A stretch of 64,000 bases of DNA from Ginglymostoma cirratum (lineage: Eukaryota), in the NCBI GenBank assembly GCA_024137785.1, contig JAHRHZ010000062.1:25807014-25871013 (forward strand), written 5' to 3'. The translations under genes and the position numbers were made by a program. Under the pieces are notes generated by a model. It was not told the origin of the DNA. It made no database searches and worked only from the letters and a program-made list of their open reading frames with translations. Shown here one piece after another: positions 38,450 to 50,964 of the stretch (position 1 is the first letter of the stretch; each line of letters begins with the position of its first letter).

Positions 38450-39850
38450 GAAGAGTTGGGTGACCACTAGGAAGCGTCGCCAGGCACTACAGGAGTCCTA
38501 TGAGGCATTCCCCTCTCAAACAGATATACCGTTTTGGATACTGTTAAAGAGAATATCTTCTCATGGGAAAGCAACAACAACAGCCAGATCAGTAGCACCA
38601 CAGTTGGCACTGTTGTACAGCAGGGAGTGTCAAAGTGTAGGTGAGCAATAGTGTTTAGACACTCTATAGTCAGGGTCACAGATAGGTGCCACACCAAAGG
38701 CTGCTACATAAGATAAAGTTGCACAGTTTTACAGGTAATGTATTGGCATAGATAGAGGATTGGTTGACCAGTAGAAAGCAAAGTGTAGGGGCAAATGGGT
38801 GTTTTTCTGGTTGGTAGTCAGTGGCTGGTGGTGTGCCTCAGGGATCAGTGTTGGGACCACAATTGTTTACAATTTACATAGATGATTTGGAGTTGGGGAC
38901 TAAGTGTGGTGTGTCAAAATTTGTAGATGACACTAAGGTGAGTGGTAGAGAAAAGTGTGCAGAAGAAACTGAAAGTCTGCAAAGGGATATAGATAGTCTA
39001 AGTGAGTGGGCAAAGATCTGGCAGATGGAGTACAATGTTGATAAGTGTGAGGTCACTGATTTTGGTAGGAATAACAGCAAAATGGACTATGTTTTAAATG
39101 GTAAAAAATTGCAGCACGCTGCTGTGCAGAGGGACTTGGGTGTCCTTGTGCATGAATCGCTAAAAGTAGGATTGCAGGTGCAGCAGGTAATTAAAAAGGC
39201 AAATGGAATTTTGTCTGCCATTGCTAGAGGGATGGAGTTTAAAAACAGGGAGGCTATGCTGCAGCTGTATAGGGTCCTGGTGAGGCCACACCTGGAGTAC
39301 TGTGTGCAGTTTTGGTCTCCATACTTGAGAAGAGATATACTAGCACTGGAGGGGGTGCAGAGGAGATTCACTCAGTTGATTCCAGAGTTGAGAGGTTTGG
39401 ATTATGAGGAGAGACTGAGTAGACTGGGATTATACTCATTGGAATTCAGAAGAATGAGGGGAGATCTTATAGAAATATATAAGATTATGAAGGGAATAGA
39501 TACGGTAGAGGCAGGGAGGTTGTTTCTGCTAGCAGGTGAAACTAGGACTAGGGGGCATCGCCTCAAAATGAAGCAGATGTAGGACTGAGATCAGGAGGAA
39601 CTTCATCATCCAAAGGGTTGTAAATCTGTGGAATTCCCTGCCCAGCGAAGCGGTTGAAGCTACCCTGCTGAATGTTTTTAAGGCAAGGCTAGATAAATTT
39701 TTGAACAGTAAAGGAATTAAGGGTTATGGTAAGTGGGTGGGTAAGTGGAGCTGAGTCTCAAAAAGATCAGCCATGATCTTATTAAATGGCAGGGCAGACT
39801 CGAGGAGCCAGATGGCCTACTCCTGCTCCTAGTTCTTATGTTCTTATGCT
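38450..39850 (+). mobile_element. CR1 LINE: ORF1 remnant, RT to C-terminus, and (TTCTTATG)n tail
   Basis: [29 protein letters not shown]; upstream DSIVRVTDR resembles the CR1 ORF1 esterase motif. Confidence 0.93.
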
Positions 39851-39954
39851 ATAGTTATATGCTCCAAAGCAACAATTGCCCCAACATTTTGACTGTTGAT
39901 CCTATTAGGGATTTCCACCCACAGCATTGGGAAGCTCTACAATTACTCTTGGAC

Positions 39955-41080
39955 CATAAGACATTGGAGCAGAATTAGGCCATGCGGCCCATCAAGTCTA
40001 CTCCACCATTTGATCATAGCTGATATGTTTTCCTGCCTTCTCCCTATAATCTTTAATCACCTTACTAATCAAGAACTTTTTTTTATCCTTGTCTTAAAGT
40101 CAAGTAATGACTTGGCCTCCATAGCTTTCTGCAGCAATGAGTTCCACAGATTAACCACCCTTTGGCTGAAAAAAATAGCCATTACACAGACTTGGTTGAG
40201 ACAGGGAAAGCTTAACATTTGAGATTGAGGTGGTTCAGATGACATAGAGGTGGGTGAGTTCGTTACTGATTAAGGAAAATATCACATCATACTAAGGAAG
40301 GACACCTTGTAGGGCTTATCCAGTGAAACCATATGGTTAGAGCTCAGGAATAGGAAGGGTATAATCACGTTGATGAAATTTTATTACAGGCCTCCCAATA
40401 GCCAGTGGGCAAAAGAGGAACATATATGTGGACAGTTTATGAAAAAACTGTGAAAATAACAGGGTTGTTGTGATGGTTGATTTTGACTTCCCTTATATTA
40501 ACTGGGACTCGCTCAGTGTGAGTATATATATATATGTGTTCCTCTAATAGCATTTCTCCAAGTTAAATTAGTTGGTTTCATGGACCTGGTTTCAAAAGTC
40601 AAGAGGATTTTTGGTATGTGTCGAGAGTTAATGCATTTTACTGCAGTGGTTCTCCATTTCTTTGATCTTCTTGTGGTTGTTGGCTTAAGACTGCATTTTC
40701 ACATTGGTGACCCTGATTTCAATCCCCTTTCCACTTGTAATTCAGCTGGTTACTTACCCATTATTACTGATGACTGAAGAGACCAGAACCAGGCACCAGA
40801 GTTTAAAGATATGAGATGGGCCATTTAGGACTGAGATAAGGAGACATTTCTTTACCCAAAGAGTGGTGACCCAGTAGAATTCTCTGCCACTGAAAGTGGT
40901 TGAGGTAAAAACATTGAATGTTACCAAAGAAAGAGTTAGAGATAGTCCTTAGGGCTTAAGGGATCAATGGGTATGGGGAAAAAAAATCAGGAACAGGATG
41001 TTGTATTGAATGATCAGCCATGATCATATTGAATATCAGATCAGGTTGGAAGGGCCTTCTCCTGCTTCCTATTTTCTGCA
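39955..41080. mobile_element. Three short CR1 fragments (3' end on -, endonuclease piece on +, 3' end on +)
   Basis: Recognisable CR1 tail and APE nucleotide motifs (ATATGGTTAGAGCTCAGG, TATTACAGGCCTCCCAA). Confidence 0.7.
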
Positions 41081-41664
41081 TTTACATGTTACATCCCATC
41101 ATTCCCACACAATTACTGCCAGCCAGAATTCAAACCTGCGGTCATTTGTCTCTGTGGCAGTCCTCTTTTTAAGAAAACAGACCTTTTGGAATTAAGGGTT
41201 AAAAATACCACAGTATTTTAAGCCTACAGACTGATCATTGTAACATCAGGAGGCCTGTTCTTGTGGCGTTGACTGAGGGATAATACTTGACCTGGACCCC
41301 TGAGAAACCTGGGAAATACAAAGAAATGCTGGCACTATCAGCAAGCTGTGGAGGGAGAAAAGCATTGACTTTCCCAAATTGAATGTGATTATTCTACAGT
41401 AGTGCAGAGATAACCCCATGTTCTTCAAGCGCATGCCATGGAAATTTACATCCACACAAGAATTAGGCCTTTTTTTTGTCCAATGACAGAGATTTTATGT
41501 CACGTCTCTTGGGCAGGTGGCTGGAGCTCCAGTGCACTACCACTGCACATCAGAACTATATGAGGCCATTGTTTAATATCAAATTGGAAAGAGAAAACCT
41601 GCAGCAGTGTAGCATTCTTGCAGAGCATCAGCCTTAATGATGTGCTGAAGTCCTAGGGTGCAAC

Positions 41665-44600
41665 ATTTTTTTTTATTCATTTGTGGGATGTGGGCATCAT
41701 TGGCTGGCCAGCATTTCTTGCCCATCCCTAGTTGCCCTTGAGAAGGTGGTAGTGAGCTGCCTTCTTGACCTACTGCAGTCCACCTGCTGTGAGTTGACCC
41801 AAAATGCCATTAGGGAGGGAATTCCAGGCACTTGACCAGTGACAGTGAGGGAATGCTGACATATTTCTGAGCCAGGATGGTGTGTGGCTTGCAGGGGAAC
41901 TTGAAGGTTGTGGTGTTCCTGTATATCTGCTGCCCTTGTCCTTTGAGGTGGAAGTGATTGTGGGTTTGGAAGGAACTGTCTGAGAATCTTTGGTGAATTT
42001 CTGCAGTGCACCTTGTAGGTAGTATGTACACACTTCTGCTATTGAGCATCGGTGGTGGAGGGAATGGATGCTTATGGATGTGGTGCCACTCAAGCGGGTT
42101 GTTTTGTCCCAGATGGTGTCAAGCTTCTTGAATGTTGTTGGGGCTGCACTCATCCAGGCAAGTGGGAAATATTCCATCACACTCCTGACTTGTGCCTTGT
42201 AGATGGTGGACAGGGAGTCAGGAGGTGTGTTACTCAACGCAGTATTCCCAGCTGACCTGCTCTTGCAGCTACAGTTGAGTTTCTGGTCAATGATAACTCC
42301 CAGAATGTTGATAGTAGGTGATTCAGTGATGGTAACACTGTTGAATGTCAAGGGATGGTTGTTAGATAGTTAGTAAAATCCAAAAGAACTGCGGATGCTG
42401 TAAATCAGGAACAAAAACAAAGTTGCTGGTAAAGCTCAGTAGGTCTGGCAGCATCTATGAAGGAGAAAACAGAGTTAACGTTTCGGGTCCAGTGACCCTT
42501 CCTCAGAACGGTTGGATAGTTATTGCCTGGCATTTGTGCTGAATGAATGTTTCTTGCCACTTATCAGGCCAAGCATGGATATTGTCCCGATCTTGTTGCA
42601 TTTGGACAGGGACTGCTTCAGTACCTCAGGAGTCGCCAATGGTGCTGAACATTGTGCAATCATAGCAAACATCCCCACTTATGATGGAAGGAAGGTGATT
42701 GATGAAGTAGCTGAAGATGGATGGGCTTAGGACACTATCCTGAGGAACTCTTGCAGAGATGTCCTGGAGTTCAGATGACTGACCAACAACAACCACGACC
42801 ATCTCCCTATATGTCAGAAATGACTCTAACCACCAGAGAGTTTGCCCCTAGATTCCCATTGATTCCAGTTTTCTGAGGGCTCCTTGATGCCAAACCTGGT
42901 TGAAGGCTGTCACTCTCACCTCACCTCTGGAATTCAGCTGTTTTGTCCATGTTTGAACCAAGGGTGTAATGAGGTCAGCAGCTGAGTTGCCCTGGCGGAA
43001 TCCAAACTGGGTGTCACTGAGCAGGTTATTGCTGAGCAGGTGCTGCTTTTTAGCACTGTTGATGACATCTTCCATCACATTACTGATGATTGAGAGCAGG
43101 CTGATGAGGTGGTATTTGGCCAGGTTTGATTTGTCCTGCTTTTTTGTGTACAGGACATGCTTGGGCAATTTTCTACATTGTCGGGTAGATACCAGAGTTG
43201 TAACAGTACTGGAACAGCTTGGCTAGTGGAGTGGCAAGTTCTGGAGCACAGGTCTTCAGTGCTATTGCTGGAATGTTGTCAGGGCCCATAACCTTTACAA
43301 TATCCACTGTCTCCAAACATTTCTTGACATCACGTGGAATGAATCAAATTGGCTGAAGACGGCTATGTGTAAGTCTGGGGACCACTGGAGGAGGCTGAGA
43401 TGGATCATCTTCTCAGCATTTCTGGCTGAGAAGATTGCTGCGAATACTTCAGCCTTATCCTTTGCACTGATGCTCTGGGCTCTTCCATCATTGAGGATGG
43501 GGATATTTATGGACCCTCCTCCTCCAGTCAGTTGTTCACTTGTCCACCACCCTTCATGACTGGATGTGGTAAGACTGCAAAACTTAGATCTGATCCATGG
43601 GTTGTGGGATCGCTTAGCTCTGTCTATCGCTTGCTGCTTCTGCTGTTTGGTGTACAAGTAGTCCTGTTTGGTGGCTCCACCAGGTTGACACCTCATTTTC
43701 AGGTATGCCTGGTGCTGCTCCTGGCATGCCCTTCTGCACTCTCCATTGTGCCAGGGTTGATGCCCTGGCTTGATGGTAATGATTGAGTGGTGGATATGCT
43801 GGGCCATGAGTTTGCGAGTTGTGGTGGAGTACAATTCTGCTGCTTCTGATGGCCCACTGTGCCTCATGGATGCCCAGTCTCGAGTTGCTAGACCTGTTCG
43901 AAGCCTGCCCCATTTAGCATGGTAATAGTGCCACACAACATGATGGAGGTTATGGAGGTGGGACTCTGTCTCCACAAGGACTGTGCAGTGGTCGCTCTTA
44001 ATGATACTGTCATGGACAGATGCAGTTGCAGCTAGCAGATTGGATGAGGTCAAGTATGTTTTTCCATATTGTTGGTTCCCTCATCACCTGCCGCAGACCC
44101 AGTCTAGCAGCTATGTCCTTTAGGACCTGACCAGCTCAATCAGTGATACTGCTGCTGAGCCATTCTTGGTGGTGGACATTGAAATCCCCCACCCAGAGTA
44201 CACTTTGAGCCCTTGCCATCCTCAGTGGTTCCTCTAAGTGGTGTTCAACATGAAGGAGTACTGATTCATCAACTGAGGGAGTACTTGGTAATCAGCCGGA
44301 GGTTTCTTTGACCATGTTTAACCTGAAGCCATGAGACTTTCTAAGATCCAGAGTCAATGTTGAGGATTCCCAGGCAACTCCCTCCCGACTGTATACCACT
44401 GTGCCGCCACCTTTGCTGGGTCTGTCCTGCTTTTGAGGAAGGACGTATCCAGGGATGGTGATGGTGGTGTCTAGGACATTGTCTGATAGGGATGATTCTG
44501 TGACTATGTCAGGCTGTTGCTTGACTAGTCTGTGAGACAGCTCTCCCAATTTTAGCACTAGCCCCCAGATGTTAGTGAGGAGGACTTTGCAGGGTCGACA

Positions 44601-44965
44601 GGGCTGTTTCTGCCGTTGTTTATTCCGGTGCTTACGTTGATGCTAGGTGATCTATCTGGTTTCATTTCATTGAGACTTTGTAGCGATTGGCACAACTGAA
44701 TGGCTTGCTAGGCCATTTCAGAGGGCAGTTGAGAGTCAATGACACTGCTGTGTAGGCTACACCAGGTGAAGATGGCAGATTTCCTTCCCTGAAGGGCATT
44801 CGTGAATCTGATGGGTTTTCCGACAATAGACATTGCTTTATGGTCACCAGTAGATTTCTAATTCCAGATTTCTTTTAATTTAAATTCCACTCTAGTGGGA
44901 TTCAAACCCGAGTGCCCAGAACAGTACCTGGTCTCTGGATTAATAGTCTAGCAATAATACCACTT
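41665..44965 (-). mobile_element. Apparently full-length decayed CR1-group LINE: tRNA-like head, APE and RT, no ORF1 seen
   Basis: LTNIWGL..KLGEL...QPDIV, GYVL..QDRP..GGG, ISLLSIIS, QFGFRQG, VWHQG, IYKAQVRSVMEY; tail ATGAATAAAAAAAA. Confidence 0.88.
42375..42510 (-). mobile_element. Penelope-like terminal fragment with an intact minimal hammerhead (42474-42509), nested in the LINE
   Basis: GTT-CTGAGGA-A-GGGTC-ACTG-GACCC-GAAA-CGTT-AAC; flanking repeat GTT(A/G)GATAGTTA. Confidence 0.8.
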
Positions 44966-46103
44966 GGTAACCTCTTCTGATAAGTTATTGCAGAAAATTC
45001 GGAGGCATGGGATTGAGGGTGATTTAGCGGTTTGGATCAGAAATTGGCTAGCTGTAAGAAGGCAGAGGGTGGTGGTTGATGGGAAATGTTCATCCTGGAG
45101 TTCAGTTACTAGTGGTGTACCGCAAGGATCTGTTTTGGGGCCACCGCTGTTTGTCAATTATATAAATGACCTGGATAAGGGCGTAGAAGGATGGGTTAGC
45201 AAATTTGCGGATGACACTAAAGAACGGTGGAGTTGTGGATAGTGCGGAAGGATGTTGCAGGTTACAGAGGGACATAGATAAGCTGCAGAGCTGGGCTGAG
45301 AGGTGGAAAATGGAGTTTAATGTGGAAAAGTGTGAGGTGATTCACTTTGGGGGAGTAACAGGAATACAGAGTACAGGGCTAATGGTAAGATTCTTGGTAG
45401 TGTGGACGAGCAGAGAGATCTCGGTGTCCATGTGCATGGATCCCTGAAAGTTGCCACCCACGTTGATAGGGTTGTTCAGAAGACGTACGGTGTGTTTGGT
45501 TTTATTGGTAGAGGGATTGAGTTTCGGAGCCATGAGGTCATGTTGCAGCTGTACAAAACTCTGGTGCGGCCGCACTTGGAGTATTGCGTACAGTTCTGGT
45601 CGCCGCATTATAAGAAGGATGTGGAAGCATTGGAAAGGGTGCAGAGGAGATTTACCAGGATGTTGCCTGGTATGGATGGAAGGTCTTATGAGGAAAGGCT
45701 GAGGGACTTGAGGCTGTTTTCGTTAGAGAGAAGAAGGTTAAGAGGTGACTTAATAGAGACATACAAGATGATCAGAGGATTAGATAGGGTGGACAGTGAA
45801 AGCCTTTTTCCTCAGATGGTTACGGCTAGCACGAGGGAACATAGCTTTAAATTGAGGGGTGATAGATATAGGACAGATGTCAGATGTAGGTTCTTTACTC
45901 AGAGAGTAGTAAGGGCGTGGAATGCCCTGCCTGCAACAGTAGTAGACTCGCCAACCTTAAGGGCATTTACATAGTCATTGGATAAACATACGGATGATAA
46001 TGGAATAATGTAGGTTTGATGGGCTTCTGATTGGTTTCACAGGTCGGCGCAACATCGAGGGCCAAAGGGCCTGTACTGTGCTGTTATGTTCTATGTTCTA
46101 TGT
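44966..46103 (+). mobile_element. Young 5'-truncated CR1 LINE
   Basis: [31 protein letters not shown]; (TTCTATG)n tail; CpGs retained. Confidence 0.95.
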
Positions 46104-46796
46104 TTCCATCCTGTACACCTCTATGACTCTATGATCTCTCTTATTGGACAGAAAAATCTGCATCTATGATGTACTCCACCTACAGCTGCTTATGTTCAGT
46201 ACTCAATATCATTTTCTTCAATAATATTTCTCATCCTCATCAGCTTAATAAACAAGAAAATGTGTATTTCCAACAACTGTTATCTTTACGTTCATAGCAG
46301 GTGGCCTTAAAGGTCACATTGTCTAGGCACACTAGTACAGAACAATATCTGCTCATTTGTAGTATCTGCCTTCTCAGCATTACAGTTGCAAGGACTGATG
46401 GTTTCATTTTGAAGTACCTACGACAAACTGGTAAGTCCCCTGAAATCTAAAGGTTTGAACCTAACTTTATGTAGTTTCAATATTAAATACTGGTTAAGAA
46501 AATTCATAAGAAGTTGTAAAAAATTCAAAAACCTTACAAGTAAGTACTTAGACCAGCTCTTTGAGTCGCTCTCTGTTGGAGTGAGACCCAGAAAAACAGA
46601 AAAGGGTCCATGTCAAGGTGCCTCCCCAGTGCTCACCAACCTCGAGGCAAGTTATCCAGGGTTGGTGAGCAGACAATCTTAAGATCGAAGATCCACACTA
46701 AGGGTTTTGTTTCTCCCCCAACTCCGACACTAATGGAACTTGACAACCGGCACATGGGCCACCCACAGAGTCGAGAGCCAACCCTATGTAAAGGGG

Positions 46797-47432
46797 GTAG
46801 CAAGGTGTCGAGCTGACTGAACACAGCAGGCCGAGCAGCATCATAGGAGCAGGAAGGTTGATGTTTCGGGCCTAGACCCTTTATCAGATGAAGGGTCTAG
46901 GCCCGAAACGTCNNNNNNNNNNNNNNNNNNNNNNNNNNNNNNNNNNNNNNNNNNNNNNNNNNNNNNNNNNNNNNNNNNNNNNNNNNNNNNNNNNNNNNNN
47001 NNNNNNNNNNNNNNNNNNNNNNNNNNNNNNNNNNNNNNNNNNNNNNNNNNNNNNNNNNNNNNNNNNNNNNNNNNNNNNNNNNNNNNNNNNNNNNNNNNNN
47101 NNNNNNNNNNNNNNNNNNNNNNNNNNNNNNNNNNNNNNNNNNNNNNNNNNNNNNNNNNNNNNNNNNNNNNNNNNNNNNNNNNNNNNNNNNNNNNNNNNNN
47201 NNNNNNNNNNNNNNNNNNNNNNNNNNNNNNNNNNNNNNNNNNNNNNNNNNNNNNNNNNNNNNNNNNNNNNNNNNNNNNNNNNNNNNNNNNNNNNNNNNNN
47301 NNNNNNNNNNNNAAGGGTCTAGGCCCGAAACGTCAGCCTTCCTGCTCCTATGATGCTGCTCGGCCTGCTGGGTTCATTCAGGTCTATACCTTGTTATCTT
47401 GGAATCTCCAGCATCTGCAGTTCCTATTATCT
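46797..47432. mobile_element. Penelope-like element spanning an assembly gap
   Basis: Inverted arm then direct terminal repeats (AAGGGTCTAGGCCCGAAACGTC) on both sides of the gap; TSD-like CCTATGTAAA(G/A)GGG at 46783-46796 and 47433-47446. Confidence 0.8.
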
Positions 47433-47658
47433 CCTATGTAAAAGGGTTCTGTCCTGAGTGCCTCTGTTCGCACCACTGTCTCTGCAATTGCCCACCTTTC
47501 CTAGCAGAGCTGCTGTCTAGCTCAGCTTGTAGGCCCCCTCATTGAATCTCTTGTGTCTCTCCCACCCACATTCCCTAATGGAGAGCTGCGGTGGAATGCA
47601 CAAGCCTGGGATTTACAAATGCTCTTCGTATTAAAAGAAATCTAAATATATGACTGAG

Positions 47659-47769
47659 ATAAGAAGGTGTAGAGCTGGATGAACACAGCAGGCCAAGCAG
47701 CATCAGAGGAGCAGGAAAGCTGACGTTTCGGGTCTGTCAGATTTTCCAGCATCAGCAGTTCCTACTACC
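47659..47769. mobile_element. Short Penelope-like remnant with an 18-bp TSD
   Basis: TCTAAATATATGACTGAG at 47641-47658 and 47770-47787. Confidence 0.8.
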
Positions 47770-49517
47770 TCTAAATATATGACTGAGGCTTCTTTTTCTT
47801 TATACCAGGGATAAATTTCCAGCACCTAATCTCCTGGATTTCTTGACATTTCTTAGTATCGTCAATTATTTTCTCTTCTATTGGTTTCTAGGTCTCTTGC
47901 CGTTCATCTCCAGCTTGTGTTTCTTTTCTCCTATTCTACTTTCAATTTCTCTTTGACTGTTTTCATTCTCCAGATTTTGAAATTCCTTCCACCCTGCTAT
48001 CCACTTGCTACGTTTCATTCTCTATTTCTCTTCATGTAATGTCTTTTTACCATCTACCCACCCGCCCAGACACACACTACAACCTACTCTGGCTTGTTTG
48101 TTTCTTGAGGAATATGAAAGAGTAGATGGGGAATGAAAGGATTACTAAGAGATGAGATTAAGATAAAGATGGGGATGAAAGCAGAAGGAAAAGGAGTGTA
48201 GAAGGGGAAAGAGTGTTGAAATATCAGGCGGGAAAGAAAGAAGCAGAAGAATTCCTTATTTCGCTTTAAATTATGTTGTTCTACCTTTATTTACTAAAAG
48301 ATTCAAAGAAGCTAAGATCCTTGGAATAAAATGGAAATTGAAGTGGCTGACTTTGGCTCATTTGACTTTGGAACAGATTAACCTTCAGCCATCAAAATGG
48401 AACGAATATCCACAGAGATCATCAGGGCTTTATCAGACTTTTGATTTGTGCACCTGAAAAACATAGGGATCAAAGATCAGAAGGGGTGTCCTTTAAAGTC
48501 TCAACAAGTTTACTAACGGTTCTTGTTATCATTGTGAATGCATGCTTTGGGAAATTTGATTTGTGTTTTAGTTCTTTTGTGCTATAGCAATGTTAATATA
48601 AATGCAAATCAGTTCAAAAATTCAATAATAAATTATGTCTTACAATGTATCAACTAAAGAAACAATTTACAAGTAATTGTTAGTGACATCTGTGTCCAGA
48701 GAGCACATTTCCAATCTTTGAATATATTCAATCTGTATTTTCCATCACAGGTCTTCATGTGAAGAGTATTCTTTTAGATATTGGAAAGTTTTCAGTCAGT
48801 AGTCAGTCTGCCATTCGTGTGCATGCATTTTGGACGCTCCCCAACACTTTTGTGTATGCTGTCTTGATATTTCTGTTCTATTCAGCTGCTCACAGAGACC
48901 ATCTCAGTACCCCTATGTAATTTCTGGGCTATTCCCATCATTTTCTGAGTGGTTGTATAAGCCGCTAACCCGTTGAAGTTGCTTCTCATAACATGTTGCT
49001 GTAAACAGTCTCACCTACCATTCCTCCAGTACTCTTCGTGATATTTTGAATTGATGCCTAACATGCTCTCATATAATATATCTCAAATCTTTCTTCGCTG
49101 CTTTCATAGGATCTTGCTTGAGTATGAAAAAATGTACAACTGCACATTCTTTCACAGCAAAAAATCTTGTCCTCACTAGGCTAACTGTTGCTGGCCTAGC
49201 CAGCAATGCCCGTATGCTATGAACAAATAAAAAGAAACATTTTGAGAAACACTCTCCTTTTCATATTGCAAAACCTACTTGTTGTGACTTATGCAGTCTT
49301 TCAAAATGGATTATGGATAATAAACAGAAACAAAACAGAACAGAAAGGATCTGTTGATTAAAACCAAATGGACATCAATGTTAATACATCTAAAGCGCAA
49401 GACATATTTCATAGATAGTAGAGATAACAAGCGTGGGGCTGGATGAACACAGCAGGTCAAGCAGCATCATAGGAGCAGGAAAACTTGACGTTTTGGGCCT
49501 AAACCCTTCATCATCCA

Positions 49518-49551
49518 TTTCTGATGAAGGGTTTAGGCCCGAAACGTCAAG
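49518..49551 (+). ncRNA. Minimal type I hammerhead ribozyme motif, copy 1
   Basis: CTGATGA-A-[GGGT-TTAG-GCCC]-GAAA-CGTC; conserved core, palindromic ACGT stem III, predicted cleavage after 49548. Stem I is weak. Confidence 0.7.
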
Positions 49552-50292
49552 TTTTCCTGCTGCTATGATGCTGCTTGACCTGCTGTGTTCATCCAGCCCC
49601 ATGCTTGTTATCTCGGATTCTCCAGCATCTGCAGTACCTTTTATCTCTGATACAATTTTAACCCCACTGCGAAGCCTCTTCTAAGGATGCCTACCCTGAA
49701 GAAGTTACCCTCCTCCCTCCAGACAAACCTCAGGGAATCTCTCTCCCACTGCAACTCTCTCATCACCTCTTCGGCCTTGAAACTGCTCGACCACGTCCTG
49801 AAGCAAACCAGGTACCACAGCCACATCACCTTTCTTAGTACCTGCCTACGGAACCAGATCATCCCCAATGGACTACAATCCACATTCAAGCCTTCCCAAT
49901 TTGGACCCAACCGTGACAAGATCTACATGGAGAACATTGAGACCCTCCAGAAGCGCTTCTCCCTGCGACTCCTGAAACACACACTTGCAGCAATGCGCAG
50001 GCACCTCCAGGCACTACAATCAAGACTCCCCCAGCTCAGAGCCTCCCTCTCCCAGACCTGCAAAGGACCTCTCCTGTTTTTTATTCTCCGTAGGATCCAC
50101 AGCCTGAATTCACAATTCTACTCAGCTTTATTGGACACCAAAAACCGTAAGCACTGTAAACTCACTGATGCCCACCACCCAAAACGGGCTTCCCCCACTC
50201 CCCAAATCCCCACCCGTACCCAGGACCTCCCCCACAATGTACCCGCCGCCATTGGCCACGAGGCTACTGTCGGAAAACCCACTGAAAAAGCA

Positions 50293-50326
50293 TTTCTGAT
50301 GAAGGGTTTAGGCCCGAAACGTCAAG
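50293..50326 (+). ncRNA. Minimal type I hammerhead ribozyme motif, copy 2
   Basis: Identical to copy 1; predicted cleavage after 50323. Confidence 0.7.
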
Positions 50327-50964
50327 TTTTCCTGCTCCTATGATGCTGCTTGACCTGCTGTGTTCATCCAGCCCCATGCTTGTTATCTCGGATTCTCCAG
50401 CATCTGCAGTACCTTTTATCTCTCTTTCATAGATAGTAGTCTTTTTTTCTGAAGGGTCTAGGCCTGAAACGTCAGCCTTCCTGCTCCTCTGATGCTGCTT
50501 GGCCTGCTGTGTTCATTCAGCTCTACACCTCGTTATCTCAAGACATGTTTCATCATACTTGAAACATAATTCTCCCTTAAATATTTGAAGTGATGGACAT
50601 CTGCAAGAAGTTCTTCATGCTTCCAAGTAGCATTAAACAACACGCCCATATGACAGACTCTGAATCTCTAAGTCATGACTTTGTTGCAGCAGATACAGAA
50701 AGGTATAAAATATTCAGAACTATCTTTGGCAGAATTATTTTCTGTGATAATGAGACATGTTGAAAGAACAGAAATAAAGGCATTGGGCACAAAAACAAAG
50801 AATTTGTATTAGGTCTTTCATTGGTAAGGTCTCAGCTGAGGTATCTTAGCTAGTGTTGGTGATATAGAGAGGAACTTTACTCAAACAGTAACCCGGAAGG
50901 ACTAGAGATTAATTTTCACTGTTGTAAAGAGAACAAAACAATATTTAAATGACATGTTCAAAAA

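Larger units (their letters stand above)
49422..50424 (+). mobile_element. Mini Penelope-like element: inverted 5' arm, terminal repeat, N-terminal ORF (49687-50343), direct terminal repeat
   Basis: 15-bp TSD TTTCATAGATAGTAG (49407-49421, 50425-50439). The ORF has H..FL..C....IIP.GL, which I recognise as a PLE ORF N-terminal motif. No RT or endonuclease. Confidence 0.85.

Noticed and set aside
46888-47322. 144-aa ORF
   Set aside because: Artefact of the N gap.
48740-48920. Acceptor-like site and a 56-codon frame
   Set aside because: No recognisable homology or linked exons.
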